Assembly (NCBI GenBank): GCA_937919035.1
Contig: CALFPI010000701.1
Coordinates: 1-46,293 of the forward strand
Length of the DNA stretch: 46,293 nt
Direction of reading: 5' to 3'
DNA from: an uncultured Gemmatimonadaceae bacterium
GTDB taxonomy: Bacteria > Latescibacterota > UBA2968 > UBA8231
Part shown: positions 1-21,500 of the stretch, piece by piece
Numbering within the stretch: position 1 is the first letter of the stretch
Layout of the letters: each line of letters opens with the position of its first letter
The notes under the pieces: model-generated
What the model saw: the letters and a program-made list of their open reading frames with translations, nothing else
Databases searched by the model: none
Told to the model about the DNA's origin: nothing
Program-made: the position numbers and the translations under genes

Positions 1-662
1 GTGGATGTTTTCCCCGTACTCGTCCATCACCTCTCGGCTCAACAACTGTCCCGTGTAACTGCTCTGCCAGCCGCCGCCGGAGATATCGTCGACCATCTCC
101 TGGCCGATGTAATCCCACACGTCCCGGTTCATTTTTTCGCCCTCCGGCTCCACTTCGGCGAAGAAATCGTCGACATCGAGGCAGAGGAGGGAGTCGAGGT
201 CCGGACAGTCCCACTGCAGGCGGTTCAGCATCCGGAGGTGCTGCCGAGTGGACACAAGGGCCCGCGCGTGCGTGTCATTGAGGATGTAGCGCGCCCGCTG
301 ATATGGCGTGTCGTCATCGATGGGCAGGTACGCGCAACCGGCCTTCAGGATGCCGAGAAGGGTCACGCAGATGTCGTAGGTGTGGTCGAGCAGGAAACCG
401 ACGACCGTACCCGTGGGAAAACCCCGGCTGATGAGGAAGCGGGCCAGTCGATTGGATGCTGCGTCCAGTTCCTGGTAGGTCCAGGTCTCGCCGCCGTCGA
501 CCACGGCGACCCCGTCCGGGAAGCGGCGTGCCGTCTGCTGAAAGACCTGGTGCACCGTACAGTCCCGTGGATAGTCGGAGCTGTGGTCGTTCAGCGAGCG
601 GACCGTGTTGATCAGCGTTTCGCGCTCCGCCGATGACTCGAGCAGATCGAAGTCCCCGATAT

Positions 663-666
<4 letters not shown>
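1..666 (-). CDS. Nonribosomal peptide synthetase, N-terminal fragment starting directly with an adenylation domain; the 3' end lies beyond the window start
   Basis: My translation of the reverse complement of 1-666 is open throughout: (M/L)NIGDFDLLESSAERETLINTVRSLNDHSSDYPRDCTVHQVFQQTARRFPDGVAVVDGGETWTYQELDAASNRLARFL (A1 region) ... LLGILKAGCAYLPID (A2) ... VWDYIGQEMVDDISGGGWQSSYTGQLLSREVMDEYGENIH. It is absent from the ORF track because it has no stop in the window. The first start codon after the in-frame stop at 733-735 is TTG at 666-664, overlapping the upstream TGA as TTGA. AGAGGAAAG lies 7-8 nt upstream. Confidence 0.8.
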
Positions 667-13115
<12,449 letters not shown>

Positions 13116-13178
13116 TGATGCTCTCTCGTTCCGTCTGCAAACTGTAGGCTGAGTTCGGTCCCGTTGGTTTCCTGGCGG

Positions 13179-14909
13179 CTAGTCGTCGTCCAGAAGATCG
13201 AATTCCTCCAATGTCATCGGCACGATATCGCCTGCGCCAACGTGCACCGCCGACGTGGACGCCTGCGGGAGTTCTCCGCTGTGCGAATGCAGGTCGTGTG
13301 TCGGCGACGGCTCAAACCGACATGCCGCCTGGAGCTCGGTTAGCCTCTCCGGCAGGAGTTCTCCCGCAGATCTTCCCTGGAGCCGGTCCCTGATCCCCTG
13401 GTTGAAGGCAGTCAGAAAGCGTTTGATCTGGGCTCTGGACATGCCCTTGCGCTCGAGGTAGAAAAGGCTCCACATCTCAAAACCGTTCTGTGGCAGCCAC
13501 GTGGAATTTTTGATATCGCAGAAAAGGTCATCGACGATTTTGCTGGCCGTCGCCGAGTTCATGGTCCTGTGAGACCAGTTGAAGGAGGACCCCGTGATCC
13601 CGTACTCGTGGCGACTTTCCCAGATCGGCGTGACCGGATCGCAGTACCAGCACTGCGCGCGGTAATAGTCCGGTGCAGTCGTCTCGATCAACTCCACGGT
13701 CTCCTTCACCGTCTGCTCGGTCTCCCCCGGATACCCGATGATCAGATTGCAGTGCGTCGAGATTCCCACCTGTTTCAACAGCGGAATTGCTTTCAGGTAA
13801 TCCTTCCGGCGGGCGCTCTTGTTCATCTTCTCCAGCATGCTGTCGCTGCCAGACTCAATCCCAAGAAAGACGCCCTCGCATCCTGCGGCGGCCATCAACT
13901 CGATGGCCTCCTCATCACCGTGGTCACTGCGATAGAAGGAATTCCATCTGAACCCATAGTCATTGCGAATCATCATGCGCAGCAGGTCTTTGAACCGGGC
14001 CTTCGGGACGTTGAATGTGTCGTCGATAAATGTCAACGTCGTTATGCCGCCGATCTCCCGAATGGCATTGAGCTCCTGCTCGACGAGATCGACAGAGAGA
14101 TACTTGTACTTGCCGGCGCGCTGTGGAAACCCGCAGAAGGCGCAGGAAAAGGGACAGGATTTCGCCGTGCGCAAGGTGACGAATTCGCCGTGGACGGCTG
14201 CGGGGAATAGTGCGTAGTCCACCATGTTCTGCTCAAGGGGATTGTCCTCGATCGACCCCTCGGTCACGACGTAGGTGCCGTTCTCCTTGAAGGCAATGTT
14301 GTCGATTCCGCGCCAGTCCCCGCCATCTTTCAGACAGGACAGTATTTGGCACAGGGCGGTCTCGCCTTCGGCATTGATCACGTAGAAATCGGCATCCATG
14401 TACTCGAATACTTGCGTGACCGAGGACATCTCTTCGGTGCTGCACTGGCTGGAGATGTAAGGGCCGCCGACGATGATTTTCGTCGTCTGATTGTGTTCGC
14501 GAATGAACTGGATGAGCTCGAGGATGGGGTGGATGGAGACGTACAGAGTCGTTGTGATGGCTACCGCCAGAAGGTCGTCGCTGAGGAGCTTTGCTCTCAG
14601 CAGTTCTTTCTCTTGCTGAAACAGGTTGACGTAGTCGAAGCTGTGACCGTGACGGTGAAGGTGGGTGCCGAGATAGGCTAGGGTTGGCCAGAAGAAGTCT
14701 GTATTGTGATAAGGCACGTCGCCCACCGACTTGTTGCCCGAAAACTTGGAGAGGGCACCCAGAGCGTGGAGCGGCCTGCCCTCATATTCGACGAAGGCGA
14801 GGTTCAGATCCCTGAATGCACCAGAATCCTCACCCATGGAGCGGACCATCTCCACGTAACTCTCAAAATCCGATTCGTTGAAGCCGATGAGGAGGCAGTC
14901 TGTCACCAA
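13179..14909 (-). CDS. Cobalamin-binding (class B) radical SAM enzyme, probable methyltransferase
   Basis: 576-aa ORF. The N-terminal Rossmann-like B12-type region includes LLAVAITTTLYVSIHPILELIQFIREHNQTTKIIVGGPYIS. Radical SAM triad CPFSCAFC (C252, C256, C259). GIESGSDSMLEKMNK and NLIIGYPGET core motifs. The start is TTG 14909 or the adjacent GTG 14906, with AAGGGA 6-9 nt upstream. Confidence 0.9.
   Translation of the reverse strand: MVTDCLLIGFNESDFESYVEMVRSMGEDSGAFRDLNLAFVEYEGRPLHALGALSKFSGNKSVGDVPYHNTDFFWPTLAYLGTHLHRHGHSFDYVNLFQQEKELLRAKLLSDDLLAVAITTTLYVSIHPILELIQFIREHNQTTKIIVGGPYISSQCSTEEMSSVTQVFEYMDADFYVINAEGETALCQILSCLKDGGDWRGIDNIAFKENGTYVVTEGSIEDNPLEQNMVDYALFPAAVHGEFVTLRTAKSCPFSCAFCGFPQRAGKYKYLSVDLVEQELNAIREIGGITTLTFIDDTFNVPKARFKDLLRMMIRNDYGFRWNSFYRSDHGDEEAIELMAAAGCEGVFLGIESGSDSMLEKMNKSARRKDYLKAIPLLKQVGISTHCNLIIGYPGETEQTVKETVELIETTAPDYYRAQCWYCDPVTPIWESRHEYGITGSSFNWSHRTMNSATASKIVDDLFCDIKNSTWLPQNGFEMWSLFYLERKGMSRAQIKRFLTAFNQGIRDRLQGRSAGELLPERLTELQAACRFEPSPTHDLHSHSGELPQASTSAVHVGAGDIVPMTLEEFDLLDDD
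14133..14156 (-). other. Radical SAM CxxxCxxC [4Fe-4S] motif
   Basis: The reverse complement reads TGT CCC TTT TCC TGC GCC TTC TGC, which is C P F S C A F C. Confidence 0.95.
14295..14909 (-). other. B12-binding-like N-terminal domain of the radical SAM protein
   Basis: aa ~1-205. An alternating beta/alpha pattern ending KIIVGGPYIS, typical of class B radical SAM N-domains (assigned from memory of the family). Confidence 0.65.
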
Positions 14910-15055
14910 ATTTTCCCTTCTGAAGAGGCCGTCCCAGGATTGTTGTCAGGCGGCGGGCCAAAATATGTCAGCGTAACCGGCCGATCGCGCCAAGTCACCC
15001 AGTTTCGTTTTTGCAGATCCGGCAAAGCGTGTCGCCAATGCCCACGCCGCGGGCT

Positions 15056-18000
15056 TCAGTCTTCCAGAAGCGCCCGTTCCTCGGCCGTCATTTCGAGGAT
15101 CCCGTCATGATCGCGGGCAGGGAGCGCAAGGGCCTCGTGGTTGGTGCCTTGGGTTGCTTTTGGGAGGTCTCGACCACGAGCTCTGGCCACTTTGGCCAGA
15201 CTCTCAACCGTTGGGTTGCGGAACACATCCATCAGCTGGAGAGCAATTCCGGATTCACGATGCAGCACAGCAATGAATCTAATCGCTTTCAGGCTGTGTC
15301 CACCCAATTCGAAGAAATCATCATGGCTACCAATTCGCGTCGCGCCGAGGATCTCCTGCCAGACACGGGTGATGGCCTTCTCGATCTCGTCTGCCGGTGG
15401 GACGTAGACAGCGGAACGCGCGGCGGCGTCGATATCGGGTTTGGGCAGCGCCTTGCGGTCCACCTTTTGGTTCGAAGTAAGCGGCAGGGAGTCGAGGTGG
15501 AGGAAGAGCGACGGCAACATATAGTCGGGCAACCGCCGCCGGGCCCAGTCACGCAGTTCCCGCGGGGGAACTGCCTCTCCCACCAGATACGCAACGAGGT
15601 GTCTTGCGCCACTTTCGTCCCCGGTGGCGACGACCGCCGCCTGACGAATCCCCGGGTGGGTGGTGAGAACCGCTTCCACTTCGCCAGTCTCGATGCGAAA
15701 ACCGCGAATCTTGACCTGATGATCACTGCGACGGAGAAACTCGATATTGCCGTCGGGGCGGTAGCGGGCGACATCGCCTGTCTGGTAGAGCCGATCACCG
15801 GCCGTGGCAGAAAACGGATGACGGATGAATTTCTCTGCCGTCAGTTCGGCGCGACCGTGATAGCTGTGCGCCAGGCCGTCCCCGCCAATGTAGAGGTCGC
15901 CGGGGACACCCACGGGAACCGGCCGGAGGTCGCGATCGAGAATATAGATCTCGGTGTTGGCAATGGGGCGCCCGATCGGCACGACATCCTCGTCCGCCGC
16001 GGCGACAGCCTGCTCTTCGTCCACCCGGTACATCGTGGACCAGATGGTGGTTTCTGTCGGCCCGTACATGTTCCACAGTTCCCCCCCCCTGCCCAGCAGC
16101 CTGTCGGCAAGTTTGCCGGGCAGGGCCTCTCCCCCGCAGAGGATTTTCAGGCCGGGACTTCCGCGCCAGCCCGCGTCGAGCAGCATACGCCAGGTTGATG
16201 GCGTCGCCTGCATCGCGGTGATGTCCGCGGATTCGAACAGCGCCCGCAACTGGGCCGCGTCCGTCGCGGCCAACTGGGATGCCAGGACAATGCGCGCTCC
16301 TTTGACCAGGGGCAAAAAAAGCTCCAGGGCGGCGATATCGAAGGAGATCGTCGTCACCGCGAGCAGGACATCGGCCGCACAAAGCCCCGGTGCACGAGCC
16401 ATGGACCAGAGGAAGTTTACCAGGGCCCGATGCGGGATCACGACGCCCTTCGGCTGTCCGGTAGATCCCGAGGTGTAGATCGCGTAACAGGCAAGGGTGG
16501 GCTCAACATGCACGGCGGGCCTGATGGCGGAAAGTCGCCGGATGGCGTGCCGCTCCCGATCCAGCAGGATCAACCCAAATCTCTCCGTCTTGCCCTCCCT
16601 CTCCAGAGTCGCCCAGAGTGCGGCTGTGGTGAGCAGGGATGTCACCCCCGCGTCACACAGGATGTCGTGGATACGCGCCGCGGGGTAGTGCGGATCGAGG
16701 GGTACATAGGCTGCTCCCGCCTTGAGGATGGCGAGCAGGGCGACCATCATGTCCGCGTTCCGGTCGATGCACAGTCCGACAAAGTCGCCTGTGCGAACCT
16801 CGCATTCGACGAGGTAGTGCGCCAGTCGGTTCGACTCTTCCTCGAGTTGTCCGTAGGTCAGACTGCGATCCTCGGCCACAACGGCGACCTGGTCGCGGAA
16901 ACTGTGTGCACTTTCGTCAATGAGATCGACGATGGTTCGCTCCCGCGGATAGTCCATCCGCGTTGCGTTCCAGGTGTGCAACAGGGCCTCTTCCTCTGAC
17001 GCCGTCAGGTAGTCGAGTTGAGAAATGGGCCTGACCGGCTCCGCCAGAATGCTATCGATGAGTCTGGCGAAATGCCCCGCCATCCTCTGCATCCGATCTG
17101 CGCAGAACAGATCCGTGTTGTATTCCAGATTCACCCAGATCTCATCGCCCATGTCCTTGCAGCAAAGGGTGATGTCCACCTTGCTCGTCCCGGTGTGGTC
17201 AGCGAGCAGGCTGGAGCGGACGCCCTCAAAGGTCGGCGCCGCGTCATCCTGGTTCTGCAGGATCATCATGACATCGAAGACCGGCGACCGGCTCAGGTCC
17301 CGCTCGACGTTGAGATCGTCGACCAGACGGTCAAAGGGGTACTCCTGGTGTTCGAAGGCCTCCAGGCAGGCCCGTCTCACCTGCGCCAGAAAGTCGATGA
17401 ACGGCAGGCTGCCGCGGGGGAAGGTGCGGATCGGGAGCGTGTTCAGGTAGAGCCCGATCTGGTCCTGCAGATCGGGATGCGGCCGTCCCGCTACCGGGCT
17501 GCCGACGACCATGTCCTGCGCACCTGTGTAGCGGTACAGCAGGACCTTCAGGGCCGTCAGCAGGACCATATAGAGGCTGGCCTGGTGCTCCCGCGTCAAT
17601 TGTCGAAGCCCTGCGCTTCGGTCTGCTCCGAGTGAAAAGAGGATCTCCTTGCCCTTGAATGTCTGCGTCGGCGGACGGGCAGCGTCCGTTGGGAGATCGA
17701 GTACGGGCAACTCACCACCGAGTCGCTGCCGCCAGTAGTCCCGGTGCACTGCGGCGGCGCTCGACGCGAGTTGCTGCCTCTGCCACGCCGCATAGTCGCG
17801 GTACTGGATGGGCAGCTCGGCTGCAGGCGAAGGAACTCCACGTTTCTGTGCGTTATAGGCGGACGCGAGCTCCCGAAAGAGGATCCCAATACTGATCCCA
17901 TCTGAAATGATGTGGTGCATCGTACACAGCAGCACGTGGCGCAGCGGCCCCATCCTCACAAGTCGCGTGCGGAACAAGGGTCCCGCCTGCAGGTCAAAAA

Positions 18001-18526
18001 CGTGGGACGACTCGGCCAATGCCATTGCGCGTGCCTCGTCCGCCGGGTCCTGGCGGTCCGCGATATCCACCACGGGAAGTCTGTGCCGGCCCGGATCACC
18101 CACGATCTGCCCTGGCTCTCCATCCACGGTCGTGAATGTCGTGCGCAGCGACTCGTGTCTGTCAACGACCTGCTGGATCGCCCTCTCAAGGAAGCCGCTA
18201 TCCAATTCGCCTTCCAGCTGCAGATGCAGTGGAATATTGTAGGCGGACGAGCCTGCATCCATCTGCGACAGGATCCAGAGGCGCTGTTGCGCGTTTGACA
18301 GGGCGTAGTGACTGGCGACGGGAATCGATGGGATGCGGGACAGACCCTTGGCGGATCCGGTTCCAGCCTGCAGAGCCTCGATGATCTCGCTCTTGCGCTG
18401 GCGGATGGCGCTTCTGAGCTCTGCGGTCATGGTCCCAGTGGGCGCCGAGTAACGAAGCCCGTCGTTCTCCTCCCAGAGCCGTATTCCCTGTTGCTGGAGA
18501 CGGGAGAGGAGTTCTGAAGTCGTCAT
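15056..18526 (-). CDS. Nonribosomal peptide synthetase, docking-C-A(Gly)-T single module
   Basis: The ORF track gives 15056..18580. I place the start at ATG 18526-18524 (MTTSELLSRLQQQGIRLWEE...), 1 nt after the upstream PKS stop TGA (18530-18528), with GGAGGGAG upstream. The 18-codon extension overlaps the PKS and has no domain content. Confidence 0.93.
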   Translation of the reverse strand: MTTSELLSRLQQQGIRLWEENDGLRYSAPTGTMTAELRSAIRQRKSEIIEALQAGTGSAKGLSRIPSIPVASHYALSNAQQRLWILSQMDAGSSAYNIPLHLQLEGELDSGFLERAIQQVVDRHESLRTTFTTVDGEPGQIVGDPGRHRLPVVDIADRQDPADEARAMALAESSHVFDLQAGPLFRTRLVRMGPLRHVLLCTMHHIISDGISIGILFRELASAYNAQKRGVPSPAAELPIQYRDYAAWQRQQLASSAAAVHRDYWRQRLGGELPVLDLPTDAARPPTQTFKGKEILFSLGADRSAGLRQLTREHQASLYMVLLTALKVLLYRYTGAQDMVVGSPVAGRPHPDLQDQIGLYLNTLPIRTFPRGSLPFIDFLAQVRRACLEAFEHQEYPFDRLVDDLNVERDLSRSPVFDVMMILQNQDDAAPTFEGVRSSLLADHTGTSKVDITLCCKDMGDEIWVNLEYNTDLFCADRMQRMAGHFARLIDSILAEPVRPISQLDYLTASEEEALLHTWNATRMDYPRERTIVDLIDESAHSFRDQVAVVAEDRSLTYGQLEEESNRLAHYLVECEVRTGDFVGLCIDRNADMMVALLAILKAGAAYVPLDPHYPAARIHDILCDAGVTSLLTTAALWATLEREGKTERFGLILLDRERHAIRRLSAIRPAVHVEPTLACYAIYTSGSTGQPKGVVIPHRALVNFLWSMARAPGLCAADVLLAVTTISFDIAALELFLPLVKGARIVLASQLAATDAAQLRALFESADITAMQATPSTWRMLLDAGWRGSPGLKILCGGEALPGKLADRLLGRGGELWNMYGPTETTIWSTMYRVDEEQAVAAADEDVVPIGRPIANTEIYILDRDLRPVPVGVPGDLYIGGDGLAHSYHGRAELTAEKFIRHPFSATAGDRLYQTGDVARYRPDGNIEFLRRSDHQVKIRGFRIETGEVEAVLTTHPGIRQAAVVATGDESGARHLVAYLVGEAVPPRELRDWARRRLPDYMLPSLFLHLDSLPLTSNQKVDRKALPKPDIDAAARSAVYVPPADEIEKAITRVWQEILGATRIGSHDDFFELGGHSLKAIRFIAVLHRESGIALQLMDVFRNPTVESLAKVARARGRDLPKATQGTNHEALALPARDHDGILEMTAEERALLED
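15191..15397 (-). other. Thiolation domain
   Basis: FFELGGHSLKAIRF, followed by a 44-aa tail ending ILEMTAEERALLED. Confidence 0.85.
15443..16939 (-). other. Adenylation domain, Gly code
   Basis: A3 CYAIYTSGSTGQPKG (checked at 16441-16480), FDIAALELF, MQATPS, LCGGEA, NMYGPTETTIWS, A10 NQKVDR. Code DILQLGMIWK has one mismatch to the Gly signature DILQLGLIWK. Confidence 0.8.
17006..18313 (-). other. Condensation domain (LCL-like)
   Basis: SNAQQRLWILSQ, DRHESLRTTF, HHIISDGIS. Confidence 0.85.
18365..18526 (-). other. TubC-like N-terminal beta-hairpin docking domain
   Basis: TSELLSRLQQQGIRLWEENDGLRYSAPTGTMTAELRSAIRQRKSEIIEAL aligns residue for residue with the N-terminus of the 1502-aa NRPS. 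Confidence 0.7.
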
Positions 18527-18527
18527 A

Positions 18528-21500
18528 TCAGATGACTCCCTCCTCTGTTTCAGTCCCGGTCGCGGGGCGCACGCCATCATTGAGCGAGTTGTCGATTTCC
18601 CGCGCCAACTGCCTCACGGTAGCGGCATCGAAGATGGCGCTGAAAGGAAGCTTGACACCGAATTTCCCATGGATCTCGGAGATGACCTGAGCAGCCAGCA
18701 GGGAGTCCCCGTTCAGCTCGAAGAAGCTGTCGTCCCGACGAATCGAGGCAGTGCCCAGCAGGTCTCGCCAGATACGGGCAACGCCTTTCTCCGATTCCGT
18801 TGACAGGTCAGAGTCGACGTCAGCGACATCTTCTGTCCAGACCGCCGCGCCTGGCTCGGATCCTCCGGGCGCCTCGACGCGTCGCTGCCCCGTGCTGTCA
18901 TCGTTGTCGGCCTCGAGGGCGACGATGGAAGCGAAGGAGCGGCCACTGCCAGCTCGTTGAGAAGCCAACCCGATCAATTCCTGGGAGGCGCCAAAAGTAA
19001 ATACGATCTTACCGATATGCCGGCCCCGCGCCATGTACTGGAACCCCTCGCTCGGGTCGGCCGCCGGAAAGGCGCGCAGGGGCAATGGGGGAAGCTCGCC
19101 GGCACCCACATGTGTCATGAGGTCCCGCCAGTTCGCGGCGAACTGCGGCAGATCGGGTCCGACATCCACCGCCGCAAACGTGAGTTGGCGTTCGAAGGGG
19201 CGCATGTCGAGCGCCGCATTGGCGAAAATTGCGCGCTTTCCGAGTTCGATAAAGCGACCGTAGCGGGCCAGCACCGACAGCGATTCGGCGGTGAACTCCT
19301 GCCCCAGGGAGTTCAGCACAACGTCGACACCGACGTTGTCCGTTGCCGCCATGATCTGCTTGCCAAAGCCGGGCTGGCGAGAATCGGCCACATGCCGAAC
19401 CCCGACAGATCGCAGGTAGTCCCGCTTCTGATCCGTACCAGCCGTGGCCAGGACGTCAGCGCCCAGCAGTCTGGCCACGTGCACGGCCGCCAGGCCGACG
19501 CCGCCCGCTGCCGAGTGGATGAGAACCCGCTCGCCCCCAACCAGTCGTCCGGGCCCCGTGAGCGAATGCCAGGCGGTCATGTAAGCAGCGGGGATCGTCG
19601 CTGCCTGCTCCATGGTGAGCGCCTTGGGTTTGTGCGCGACTGCCTGAACAGCAGCCGTAGCAAAAGCCCGGTAGCATCCATTCGTGAATGCCAGCACTTC
19701 GTCGCCGGCGTTGAAGCCCTCGACACCGGGCCCGCAGCGCCGCACGATCCCGGCGCACTCCAGACCATAAGGGAAGCGCAACGCACCGCCATGAGGGAGC
19801 ATGTCGAGAGAGTAGAGCACTTCGATGAAGTTGAGGCCCGCGGCTTTGACCTCGATTTCGACTTCGCCTTCGGCTGGCTCCCGGCGTGGCTCAGGGGCAA
19901 GAAAGAACGTCGACAGGCTGCCTCGCCGCGCCAAGGTGAGCGCCACGTTTTCGGGACGGCTCTGTCGACGGATCGGCCGCATCGCATATCCTTCGATGTC
20001 GACCAACACCCGTCCGTCAGGATCGACGACGGTGATGTCGTATGAGATGGCGCCGTCGTCGCTGCGCAGTTCGCGAATGTGGCTGAACACATGTGCGGGA
20101 ATTCTGCCGTAGATCCGGATGGTCCGGTAACAGAAGGGAACCGACCCTGCGTCTTGTTTGACTTTCAGGAAGCCCGTCGCATTGTCGAGCAGGGCGGGAT
20201 GGAGGCAGAGTTGATCGAGTTCTCCCAGGTATTTCTGCGGCAGCCGGAATTCTCCGATGGCCTGGTGCTCGCCGAAATCGGCCCGTACCAGATTGTGCCA
20301 GTGAGGGCCAAAGGCCGACATGGATGCCTCGAATGCCTGCCGTTCGGAGAATTCCTGATCGCATGCCTGTGCAATCCGAGTGACGTTCACAGTCTCCGGC
20401 GCGTGGCTGGCCTCGCGATGCCCCGTCGCTGCCCGGATTTCACCGCGTGTGTGCTCGACCCAGGCATCGTTTTGAGCCGGCCCGATCCGGCTCAGAATCG
20501 AAAAATCCCACCCGTGGCCCTGCCTCTGTAGAACTGTCCGGACATCTCTTGATTGGCCGCGGTCCATGGCCAGGGGCTGCAGGAAGTAGACGTCCCTCAG
20601 CTCTGTTGGCTCGTCCTCGAGCGCTTCCCAGGCGGCGGCCCACGCCATTTCGAGATAGGCGGTACCCGGGAGGACCTTCCTGCCCAGGACCTCATGTTCA
20701 TCCAGGACCCAGTCCGAGTCGGGGGATACGGCCCCCTGCAGATAGAGGACGTCATCGGAAAGGCGCACGACGCGATCGAACCAGGGGTGTTCGGGGTGGC
20801 CCTCGGCGGGGGGCTCCTGCAATCCGTCGGGTGCCACCACAACCTGCGCGGGGAAGGGGTTCTCAAGAATCCGTGCGAATGCTCTGATCCCCGCATCGTG
20901 CATGCCCGGGCGCGCAATCTGCTCCCTGATGGCGCGTTTCTGGGCAAGATCACCCCGCGCCTTGCTGATCATTCCGAGTTCCTGCCAGAACCCCCATGTG
21001 ATCGAGCCGACGCGCGTGTCGAAGGTCCGGTTCGCAGCGTGGGCATACGCATCCAGGAAGGCATTGGCCGACGCATAATCTACCTGGCCGATGACGGGGG
21101 CGATGGAACTCATCGACGAGCAGAGGAGCAGGAACGACGGCTTGAACTCCTCGAGGAGGTCATCGAGCGCCGCCGCTGCGTGTATTTTCGGTGCAAACGT
21201 TCGCGCGACATCCTGCCTGCTCTTCTGGCTGAGGAAGCCTTGGCCCAGTTCTCCAGCTGCATGCACGATGCCATCCAGCGCGCCGTGGGTCGCACGTATG
21301 TGGAGACGGAGACGCTCCATGTCGTCGGCCGCCGCGGCGTCGGCGCGGAGATACTCGACAGTGCTCCCTCTCTGCTCGATCGCGCCGATCCGTCGGATGC
21401 TCCGGCAGACTGTTTGCCCATCATCATCTCGACCCGGTTGCTGCGCCGCGCCTGGTTGCTTGCGGGCGACGATGAGGCCCGCCGTCGTCGCACTCCGTGC

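Noticed and set aside
1-636. Plus-strand ORF of 211 aa at the window start
   Set aside because: It is the antisense shadow of the minus-strand A-domain gene. The reverse-complement frame carries clear A1/A2 adenylation motifs, while the plus-strand product has no recognisable motif and shows Arg/Val/His-rich antisense-type composition.
13116-13181. The radical SAM stop TAG (13179-13181) is in the same frame as the downstream NRPS start, and the 63-nt spacer has no other stop. This could indicate read-through or an ancestral fusion
   Set aside because: Twenty stop-free codons are not improbable by chance at this GC content. The spacer carries a purine-rich SD-like element and a start codon, which fits two separate genes.
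14910-15055. An intrinsic terminator after the Gly-module NRPS
   Set aside because: Only a 4-bp GC stem with a 7-nt loop is present, and no following U-run on the minus strand. That is too weak to call.
18527-18580. An 18-codon N-terminal extension (MMACAPRPGLKQRRESSD) of the Gly-module NRPS as given in the ORF track
   Set aside because: It overlaps the 3' end of the PKS gene by 53 nt and has no domain content. The ATG at 18526 gives a protein that starts exactly at the docking domain, 1 nt after the PKS stop, and has a GGAGGGAG upstream.
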